This document shows positions 18,281-26,259 of a stretch of 64,000 nucleotides of DNA, piece by piece. The notes under the pieces were generated by a model, which ran no database searches, was not told the origin of the DNA, and saw only the letters and a program-made list of their open reading frames with translations. Made by a program: the position numbers and the translations under genes. The stretch is from Dehalococcoidia bacterium (GTDB lineage Bacteria; Chloroflexota; Dehalococcoidia; Lucifugimonadales; UBA3495). Within the stretch, counting starts at the first letter, position 1. Each line of letters opens with the position of its first letter. The stretch is from the NCBI GenBank assembly GCA_034423115.1, contig DAOUJD010000064.1, positions 9,799 through 73,798 on the forward strand, written 5' to 3'.

Positions 18281-18841
18281 ATGCCTAGATTTCCCGCAGC
18301 AAGCAGAGACTCGGTCCCCCAGGAACAAGTAGACGCCTTCGACGCCATAGTGGCGTTACGTAACGGTGTGGTCCCTGAACAGGGGCCGATTGCCGTTCAA
18401 CTCCACGTACCGGAAATCGCTCAGCGCGGCGAAGTACTGCGCGCCTACTTGCGCGCCGAGGGTTCGTCCTTGACCGACAATGTAGCCGAACTCGCCATGC
18501 TCACCACCGCCCGCGAGTTGGACTGCCAGTTCATTTGGCACGCCCACGCGGCCGCCGGCCGGCGTGCCGGCCTCAGCGACGCCCTGGTGGACAGCCTGCG
18601 GGACAAGCAGGACTTGCCCGAGTTGTCTGCGGCGGAGTCGGCCGTCATCAATTACGGACGCGAGTTCTTCCGCACCCGCCGAGTGTCGCAACCCACATTC
18701 GACGCCGCCCTCGCCGCGTTTGGCGAACGGGGACTGATCGAATTGACCAACCTGATGGGCTACTACTCGGTGCTGGCGTTCAACATCAACGCGTTCGAGC
18801 AGCTGCCCCCACCCTCCGACGAACCGTTCCTGCCTGTCTAG
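18281..18841 (+). CDS. carboxymuconolactone decarboxylase (AhpD-like) family protein
   Basis: Paralog of 9373..9939. Start at Met11 (MPRFPAASRDSVP). Confidence 0.7.
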   Translation: MPRFPAASRDSVPQEQVDAFDAIVALRNGVVPEQGPIAVQLHVPEIAQRGEVLRAYLRAEGSSLTDNVAELAMLTTARELDCQFIWHAHAAAGRRAGLSDALVDSLRDKQDLPELSAAESAVINYGREFFRTRRVSQPTFDAALAAFGERGLIELTNLMGYYSVLAFNINAFEQLPPPSDEPFLPV

Positions 18842-18853
18842 GGGCGAGGCGAA

Positions 18854-19972
18854 GTGGCTGAGAAAATCTACATCCGCAACGCCAGCGGCGCGTTGGAACC
18901 TCTTTCCGAAGAGCGGTTCGAGACAGAGGACATACTCCAGGAGTTAATCGGACAACATCCTGAGTTGCTGGCCGGTGATCAAATGCGCCCGGACGACCCG
19001 CTCCGCTGGATACTAATCAAGCGTGAGATGCCGGTTGAAGGTTGGGCTGTTGACCACCTGCTGATTGACCAAGACGCACGTCCTACGCTGGTCGAGGTAA
19101 AACGAGGTTCTAATCGGGAGATCCGGCGTAATATCGTCGGGCAGATGCTGGACTATGCCGCTACCGCCGCCAGCATTTGGGCCGAGCGTGATGTGCGTCA
19201 GATCTTCGAGGAAGACTCGGATGACCCAGACGGCGAAATCGGCAGCTTGTTGCAAAAGGATGAAGATCCTGATGTCGATGATTTTTGGGAGCAAGTGGCG
19301 ACGAATCTAGCTGCCAATCGTTTGCGCCTGCTGTTCGTCGCCGACGAGATACCCACCGAATTGGAGCGAGTGGTCAGGTTTCTCAACGAGCAAACCCGCG
19401 ACAATCTTGAAGTGCTTGCGGTCGAGGTAAAGCAGTATCCGGGACAATTCGGGCAAGCGCTGGTTTCGGGGGTAATCGGGCAAATTGAGCCGTTGCGTGG
19501 CGGTGCCTCGGGGACGACCACAGGCCAACGGCGAAGAATGTCGGTGGATGAGTTCTTGGGAGCGTTTGGTGCCGATGTTCAACGTACGGCCGCGCAGCTG
19601 ATTAATGATGCTCAAATGGCCGGAGCCAACATCACGGGGTCTCCCGGCGGCATCAGAATCGGAGGGCGAAGTCCGGTTTATCGCTATCCAATCAACGTAG
19701 CGCAGTTCTACTGCCCTACTGATAACGACGAAGGACAATTCACGTTCCGTGTCGGCCAAGGGTTTGACATTCCCGAAGTGCGGGCGTTCTTGTCGGACTG
19801 GATCAAAGGGTTTGAGCAGGACGATTTCGCGCGAAAGTACGAACCGACGGATTGGCAGACTGGATGGACTGTAAAACCGTCTGACATGGCAAAACACGTT
19901 GACTTACTATCCGCTCGGCTGTGCGCCGCGCTAACCGGGTTACGTGAATTACAACCCTCAGAATCTGATTGA
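18854..19972 (+). CDS. hypothetical protein with N-terminal PD-(D/E)xK (NucS/DUF91-like) nuclease-fold motif
   Basis: GTG start. WAVDHLLIDQDARPTLVEVKRGSN fits a D..(D/E)xK core, followed by LRLLFVADEIPTELERVVRFLNEQ. The C-terminal ~170 aa are unassigned. The ORF looks real; the function is uncertain. Confidence 0.5.
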   Translation: MAEKIYIRNASGALEPLSEERFETEDILQELIGQHPELLAGDQMRPDDPLRWILIKREMPVEGWAVDHLLIDQDARPTLVEVKRGSNREIRRNIVGQMLDYAATAASIWAERDVRQIFEEDSDDPDGEIGSLLQKDEDPDVDDFWEQVATNLAANRLRLLFVADEIPTELERVVRFLNEQTRDNLEVLAVEVKQYPGQFGQALVSGVIGQIEPLRGGASGTTTGQRRRMSVDEFLGAFGADVQRTAAQLINDAQMAGANITGSPGGIRIGGRSPVYRYPINVAQFYCPTDNDEGQFTFRVGQGFDIPEVRAFLSDWIKGFEQDDFARKYEPTDWQTGWTVKPSDMAKHVDLLSARLCAALTGLRELQPSESD

Positions 19973-19976
19973 CGAT

Positions 19977-21434
19977 ATGGACCCTCTCATCGCCACAGCC
20001 CTGGATACCGCCCGCGCCCGAGGCGCGGAATACGCCGACATCCGTCTGGTTTCCAACCGGGAGCAGCGTATCGTGGTGCGCAACGGTGTCGTGGAAACCA
20101 TGACCGCCGATGAATCGGTGGGTTTGGGGATTCGTGCTCTGTACGATGGTTCCTGGGGGTTCGCGTCCACTCGCGAGTTGACCACCGCAGCCGCGGACCA
20201 TGCCGCGGGACAAGCCGTGCAGATCGCCCGGGCGTCTGCTCGCACCAACGGACCCGGATGGACGGTCCCTGAACTGCTGGGCGCTCCAGTGACCAGTCAG
20301 GGCCGCTATGCCACCCCCATCGATGTCGATCCCTTCGACGTGTCCGTCGATGACAAGTTGTCCCTGCTGATCTCCGCCGACGCTGAGATGGCTCGGGTCC
20401 CTCAGGTCAGCGCCCGCATGGGAAACGTGGTGTTTATTCGTGAACATCGCACTTTCGCCAACACCGAGGGGGCGTTGGTCGAGCAGACCATCCACGAGGC
20501 TGGTGGCGGTATCCAGGCAACGGCGGTGGGCGACGGAGAAACCCAGCGACGTTCCTATCCCCAGTCCCACGGCCGGCAGCAGGGATGTGCCGGTTGGGAA
20601 TACGTGGTGGCGATGGATTTGCCGGGGAACGCTCGCCGCATCGCCGAAGAAGCGGCGGAACTGCTCACCGCTGATCCGTGTCCGGTCGGCATCGAGACCG
20701 ACCTGATCATAGACAGCAGCCAATTGGCGTTGCAGATCCATGAGTCATGCGGCCACGCGGTGGAACTGGACCGTGCGTTGGGAGATGAAGCCGCCTTCGC
20801 CGGCACCTCTTTTCTCACTCCTGACCTGCTGGGCGCCTACCGCTACGGCTCGGAGCAGGTGAACATAACCGCCGACAGCACCAGCGCCACCGGTTCGGGT
20901 ACTTTTGGATGGGATGACGAAGGGTTGCCCGCGCAAGCCACCGACATCATTCGGGACGGGCGATTCGTAGGCTACCTGATGTCGCGAGAGTCCGCCAACC
21001 GTCTGGGCTTGGTGTCCAACGGGTGCATGCGGGCATCGTCATGGAACCGCATTCCGTTGATCAGGATGACCAACGTGAGCCTTGAACCAGGAGAATGGAC
21101 CCTCGATGATCTTATCGCAGACACCGACGACGGCATCTACCTGGAAACCAACCGTTCCTGGTCGATTGATGACCGCCGCTACAACTTCCAGTTCGGAACC
21201 GAGGTGGGCCGCGAGATCAAAAATGGCAAGCTCGGGCGTCTGCTCCGCAATTGCACCTACACTGGCATAACGCCGGAGTTCTGGCGAAGTTGCGACGCTG
21301 TGTGCGGACCTGAGCTTTGGCAATTGTGGGGAACTCCCCGCTGCGGCAAGGGACAGCCGGGTCAGATCGCTCACACCAGCCACGGCGCAAGCCCGTCCCG
21401 TTTTCGCAACGTTCGGGTCGGCGTGTTGCGGTAG
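19977..21434 (+). CDS. tldD: TldD-family metalloprotease
   Basis: HESCGHAVELDR (HExxxH) and a conserved C-terminal GxC...GKG region. Start moved to Met12, just after the upstream stop. Confidence 0.85.
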   Translation: MDPLIATALDTARARGAEYADIRLVSNREQRIVVRNGVVETMTADESVGLGIRALYDGSWGFASTRELTTAAADHAAGQAVQIARASARTNGPGWTVPELLGAPVTSQGRYATPIDVDPFDVSVDDKLSLLISADAEMARVPQVSARMGNVVFIREHRTFANTEGALVEQTIHEAGGGIQATAVGDGETQRRSYPQSHGRQQGCAGWEYVVAMDLPGNARRIAEEAAELLTADPCPVGIETDLIIDSSQLALQIHESCGHAVELDRALGDEAAFAGTSFLTPDLLGAYRYGSEQVNITADSTSATGSGTFGWDDEGLPAQATDIIRDGRFVGYLMSRESANRLGLVSNGCMRASSWNRIPLIRMTNVSLEPGEWTLDDLIADTDDGIYLETNRSWSIDDRRYNFQFGTEVGREIKNGKLGRLLRNCTYTGITPEFWRSCDAVCGPELWQLWGTPRCGKGQPGQIAHTSHGASPSRFRNVRVGVLR

Positions 21435-21448
21435 GGAGAGAGACGGGC

Positions 21449-22786
21449 GTGGTGCTGGGGCCTGATCACATACGTTCTCAATTGCGAGAAGCTCTGCGTC
21501 ATTGTCCAGCCGGATCTGACGCCGACATTTACCTAACCGCCACCGACCAGGCTCTCACTCGTTTCGCCAACAACCGCATCCACCAGAACGTGGCGCATCA
21601 GGATGCGGTGGCCCATGTGCGGGTCGCCACTGGCCTCCGCCAAGGCAGATCGGTCACCAACAACCTGTCTGAACAGGGATTGGCGGACGCCGTGCAACAA
21701 GCCGCGGAGTATGCTCGTGTCATGCCAGAGGATCCCGACTTTCCCGGGTTGCCGGAACCATCGGCAATCCAATCAGTCGCAGCATACGATGAAGCCACCG
21801 CAACGTGCCACGCCGAACAGCGGGCGGACACGGTAGGCATGGTCTGCCGGCGGGCCGCCGAGTTGACGCTGGAGGCCGCGGGATTCTGCCGCACCGGTTC
21901 AACCGAGTTCGCAGTTGCCAGCACGCGGGGTGCCGATGCCTATCATGTGGGTTCATTCGCTGGCCTGCTCATCACCGTCCGCAGCGACGATTCGTCAGGT
22001 TGGAGCAAAGGTGGTGGTTGGCGCCGGGACGATATCGATTCCGAAGCCCTGGCCAGCGAGGCCATCGATAAGGCAGTTCGGGGTCGCAACCCACGGGATC
22101 TCGAACCCGATGAATATCCGGTGGTGTTGGAAAACTACGCCGTTGACGACATGCTGGAAGCGCTCAGTTTCTACGGCATGGGCGCCCACATGGTGCAGGA
22201 CGGCCGTAGCTGGATGAACGACTTGATGGGCCAGCAGCCGATGAGCCCATTGATCACCCTCCGCGACGACGGTTTAGATCCGGCCGGTTGGCCGGTGCCG
22301 TTTGACGCAGAAGGCGTAGCCAAGCAACCGGTGGACATCGTAATCGATGGTGTGGTGCAGGGTCCGGTGCATAATACGTACACTGGAGTCAAGGACGGCG
22401 CGGCATCCACGGGACATCAGCGGGGAGCCACCGGAGGGCCAATGGCCACCAATTTGTTCATGCGACCCGGAGACCAAAGCACCGACGAACTGATCACATC
22501 AGTAAATTTTGGGTTGTACGTCACCCGTTTCTATTACACCCGCCTCGCGCACAATCGCGGTTGCGTCATGACGGGCATGACCCGCGACGGCACGTTTCTG
22601 ATCGAAAACGGCGAGATCACATCCCCCGTGAAGAATCTTCGATTCACTCAAAGCTACGTCGAGGCGCTGGCGGGTTGTAAAGGCTTGTCGAACACGGCCT
22701 CTCTGAACCTCAACGAGGCCGGCGTGGCAATGCACGTTCCTGCCGCGTTGCTGGGGAGTTGGCGGTTTACCGGCCAGACTGTCTAG
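21449..22786 (+). CDS. pmbA: PmbA/TldE-family protein (TldD partner)
   Basis: Homologous to TldD/PmbA over its full length but lacks HExxxH. GTG start after GGGAGAGAG, immediately downstream of tldD. Confidence 0.8.
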   Translation: MVLGPDHIRSQLREALRHCPAGSDADIYLTATDQALTRFANNRIHQNVAHQDAVAHVRVATGLRQGRSVTNNLSEQGLADAVQQAAEYARVMPEDPDFPGLPEPSAIQSVAAYDEATATCHAEQRADTVGMVCRRAAELTLEAAGFCRTGSTEFAVASTRGADAYHVGSFAGLLITVRSDDSSGWSKGGGWRRDDIDSEALASEAIDKAVRGRNPRDLEPDEYPVVLENYAVDDMLEALSFYGMGAHMVQDGRSWMNDLMGQQPMSPLITLRDDGLDPAGWPVPFDAEGVAKQPVDIVIDGVVQGPVHNTYTGVKDGAASTGHQRGATGGPMATNLFMRPGDQSTDELITSVNFGLYVTRFYYTRLAHNRGCVMTGMTRDGTFLIENGEITSPVKNLRFTQSYVEALAGCKGLSNTASLNLNEAGVAMHVPAALLGSWRFTGQTV

Positions 22787-22812
22787 AATGTCGAACGAAC
22801 CAATCCGGAGTG

Positions 22813-23016
22813 ATGCAGATGGCTGATCTGAACAACGAAGAGATACAGGCGCTGGCAAAAGCAGTCGGCTTGACCCTCGAAGAACCTGAATTGACCCAGG
22901 TTGCCCATAGTCTGAATGCGATGCTGGAAGAGATGGCCGGCATCAACCCGCCGGGTTTCAATCTGGAAGAATACGTTGCCGTGGTACAACCGGCAGATAT
23001 GGAGGTTGCAGAATGA
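22813..23016 (+). CDS. GatC-like small subunit (AtzG-like) coupled to amidase
   Basis: 67 aa. EEIQALAKAVGLTLEEPELTQVAHSLNAMLEEM resembles the GatC helix-loop. The stop overlaps the amidase ATG (ATGA at 23013-23016). Confidence 0.6.
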   Translation: MQMADLNNEEIQALAKAVGLTLEEPELTQVAHSLNAMLEEMAGINPPGFNLEEYVAVVQPADMEVAE

Positions 23017-24446
23017 CTTCCGCCGAAATCCCATTCATGTCCGCTGTAGAGTTGGCCTCAGCCATCAGAAATCGCGACATATCTGCGGTAGAGGCCGTTG
23101 ACGCTTACCTGGATCGCATCGACAAAGTTGGCGACAAGCTGAATGCCTACATAACCGTGTGCGCTGACGAGGCGCGGGCCGATGCCAAACGCTTGGACGA
23201 CGAAGCTGCCGCCGGCAATTTCCGAGGTCCGCTTCATGGGGTACCAGTGGGGATCAAGGATCAGATTCACACCGCCGGAATCCCCACCACCGACGCCTCC
23301 AAAATCCGCGCCGATTTCGTGCCTGATGCGGATGCCACGGTGGTCGCCAAGCTCAAAGCCGCCGGTGCTGTGATCATCGGCAAGACCAACATGAGCGAAT
23401 TCGCACTGGGCGATCCCATCAGCAGTTGGTTTGGGCCGGCGCGCAACCCCTGGGACACGGCGCGCAATCCCGGAACTTCCAGCACCGGTAGCGGCTCGGC
23501 CACCGCCGGGTTCCTCTGCGCCACTTCTCTGGGCGAGGATACCGGCGGGTCTATCCGTGGTCCCGCCGCCAATTGCGGCCTGGTCGGGATACGACCCACG
23601 TGGGGGCGAGTCAGTCGTGCCGGCGTGGATGGCGCCAGCTGGTCAACGGATACTATCGGCCCCATTTCGCGGACGGTGGCGGATTGCGCCCTCACTCTGG
23701 GAGTCGTCGCCGGCCATGACCCCAACGACCGTTACAGTCGGACCGAACCCGTGCCGGACTATCTGAATGGATTGGACTCCGGCGTCGCGGGAATGCGAAT
23801 TGGAGTGGTTACGGAGTTGATGGGCGGACACGGTCTGTCGTTGAATGACCAGAGCCGGGACGCCGTGGCCGCCGCTGCCGAAGTGTTCCGCGAGCTTGGC
23901 GCAGAAGTCGTTCCGGTCAGCCTGCCAATGGCGCCGTTTACCGGCCCAATCGTGCGCACCATCACGAGCACCGAACGAGTGAGCTTGAACCCAGAGTGGC
24001 TGCGGGAACGCTTCGAGGACTATCACCCCAACACTCGGGTGGCATTTGCAACCGGAAACCTCATACCGGGCCAGGTGTATTACAAGGCGGTGAAGCTTCG
24101 GGCCCTAGTGCGTCGCCAGGTTATCGAGGCGTTCCGTGAGGTGGACCTATTGTTGCAGCCTACGTCGACGGGTCCCGCCGGACTGCTGTCGGATGAACCG
24201 CCGGTGGTCAACAGCAAGGAGATGGCGGCGGCCGCTTTACGGGAAGGCAGTTTCCGCGGGTTGTACAGTTTGAGCGGGTGCCCCGCGTTGAGCATCCCGT
24301 GCGGGTTCACCAGCGATGGGGAAGGGGCTTTGCCCTTGGCGCTCCAGATCGCCGGTCCACACTTGGGTGAGGCTGCCGCGCTGCGTGCGGCTTACGCTTA
24401 TGAACAGGCTACTCCGTGGCATTTGCGACGGCCCCCCGATTTGTAA
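23013..24446 (+). CDS. amidase-signature family amidase (GatA/AtzE-like)
   Basis: GVPVGIKDQ (Lys), GTSSTGSGSA and GEDTGGSIRGPA (Ser-cisSer) signature. Confidence 0.9.
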   Translation: MTSAEIPFMSAVELASAIRNRDISAVEAVDAYLDRIDKVGDKLNAYITVCADEARADAKRLDDEAAAGNFRGPLHGVPVGIKDQIHTAGIPTTDASKIRADFVPDADATVVAKLKAAGAVIIGKTNMSEFALGDPISSWFGPARNPWDTARNPGTSSTGSGSATAGFLCATSLGEDTGGSIRGPAANCGLVGIRPTWGRVSRAGVDGASWSTDTIGPISRTVADCALTLGVVAGHDPNDRYSRTEPVPDYLNGLDSGVAGMRIGVVTELMGGHGLSLNDQSRDAVAAAAEVFRELGAEVVPVSLPMAPFTGPIVRTITSTERVSLNPEWLRERFEDYHPNTRVAFATGNLIPGQVYYKAVKLRALVRRQVIEAFREVDLLLQPTSTGPAGLLSDEPPVVNSKEMAAAALREGSFRGLYSLSGCPALSIPCGFTSDGEGALPLALQIAGPHLGEAAALRAAYAYEQATPWHLRRPPDL

Positions 24447-24575
24447 ATCTCCACCAGAGTCGCACACGCTGAACTAATTTTGTTCACAAGTCTTTTACGA
24501 ACGACCGCACAGAGATGTGCGGTCATCGTTTGTCGTGTGCTACTCTGTGCCGACTTTTGCTGCCGGGTTGGATTG

Positions 24576-25847
24576 ATGGGGTTGACTATCTTGCCGGTTT
24601 GGCGCCTTTTGGCAGGGATGGCGATCACCTTTGCCCTCGCTCTGGCGTTGGGTTTGGCCTGCACGGATGCGGTGGAAACAGCGCCGGCCAATAGTGCCGT
24701 GGCCGCGACTGAACAACGGTCTGTAGCAGATTCGGAACAAGACACTCCAACTGATCCCGGGATCACCCGCGATGCGGTGTTATTCGGTCAGTCCGCCGCG
24801 TTTTCCGGCCCAGCCGCGGAGTTGGGCAACGGCATGCAAGTCGGGATCGAGGCAGCATTCCAGGAAGTTAATGCCGATGGCGGTGTGCACGGACGCGAAC
24901 TTAAGCTTGAATCCCTGAACGATTCATACGAGTCCGACTTCGCGCTGTCCAATACGAAGACACTGATCGAAAAGGAAAAGGTTTTTGCGCTAATTGGAGC
25001 GGTTGGAACACCGACGTCGCGCGCGTCAGCGCCGTTGGCGCAGGCTGCCGGCGTGCCGTTTGTCGCGCCGTTCACGGGTGCCGAATTTTTGCGTTCCCCT
25101 GACCTGAACACCGTGATGAACGTTCGTGCTTCCTACTACCAGGAAACGGAAGCGATGGTAGCTCGCCTTACCGAGGACCTTGGGGTGACTAAAGTAGCGG
25201 TGTTTTATCAGGATGATTCATACGGTCGGAACGGATTGGATGGGACGACGAACGCACTGGCACGGCGTGGCCTGGAGCCAGTCGTTTCCTGGTCTTACCC
25301 GCGCAATACCATCGCTGTGAAAGCTGCGACGCTGAGAATCGCCGAAGCCGACCCGGAAGCGGTGATTATGATTGGTGCATATGCGCCGGTCGCTAGGGCT
25401 ATCGAACTATTGCGGAGGGATGTTGACCCCATTCTAATGACGGTGTCGTTCGTGGGCAGCAACGCGCTCGCAGAGGAGTTGGCCGAGGAGACTGAGAAGG
25501 TGTACGTTACGCAAGTAGTGCCTTTGCCAGATGATGACACCATTCCTGTGGTCGCCCGTTACCATGCCGCTTTGTCCAAATACGATGGGGACGCCGAGCC
25601 AGGGTTTGTTTCTCTCGAGGGATACCTGGCGGGTAGGTTGGCCATCGCAGGTTTGGAAGCGTGTGGACCCGACCTGAGTCGCGAGTGTTTTCTTGATTCT
25701 TTGAGGGACGCCGGCACCATTGACATCGACGGCATGATGCTAAAGTACGGACCGGATGACAACCAAGGATCCGATGCGGTGTTTTTGACGGCGGTCGGCG
25801 CTGATGGAAAGTATGAACAAGTGGATACTCTACGGGGATTGCAATGA
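24576..25847 (+). CDS. LivJ-like (type I periplasmic-binding fold) ABC substrate-binding lipoprotein
   Basis: Start at Met33 gives a signal peptide and lipobox (LALGLAC). FGQSAAFSGPAAELGNGMQVGIEAAF..GGVHGRELKL is typical of branched-chain amino-acid/amide binding proteins. Confidence 0.8.
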   Translation: MGLTILPVWRLLAGMAITFALALALGLACTDAVETAPANSAVAATEQRSVADSEQDTPTDPGITRDAVLFGQSAAFSGPAAELGNGMQVGIEAAFQEVNADGGVHGRELKLESLNDSYESDFALSNTKTLIEKEKVFALIGAVGTPTSRASAPLAQAAGVPFVAPFTGAEFLRSPDLNTVMNVRASYYQETEAMVARLTEDLGVTKVAVFYQDDSYGRNGLDGTTNALARRGLEPVVSWSYPRNTIAVKAATLRIAEADPEAVIMIGAYAPVARAIELLRRDVDPILMTVSFVGSNALAEELAEETEKVYVTQVVPLPDDDTIPVVARYHAALSKYDGDAEPGFVSLEGYLAGRLAIAGLEACGPDLSRECFLDSLRDAGTIDIDGMMLKYGPDDNQGSDAVFLTAVGADGKYEQVDTLRGLQ

Positions 25848-26259
25848 AGCCACAGTAGGTTTCTTGGAGGTCTGCTAATCATTCATTCGAGACGCGGTCC
25901 AATGGGCTCTTTGAGTTCACTGTTGGAGCCAATAACCACAGACAAAGAAGGGGCGATTGATCACCGATTGGTTCAGACCTCCTCCTTACCATTCAAACCA
26001 ATTAGTAGATACAAGTTTCGCAAATCGGGGCGATTGTCTTCGTCCACAATATGAGATCACCACCCGGTTATCGGGGTTGGCGCAACGATACCATTCGTTC
26101 CCAAGGTAAAGCTCCGCTGGCCCGTAACGAGCGAACGAAGTCCCGTATTTGCCAGGAGAGAGCTCAACGTGAACCGCGATCCACCGTGCATTTTGTGCAC
26201 AAGCCACAGCGGGTGTTTTTGTAGCATCCGGTATAAAAATCACAAATGGAGATAAGAAC

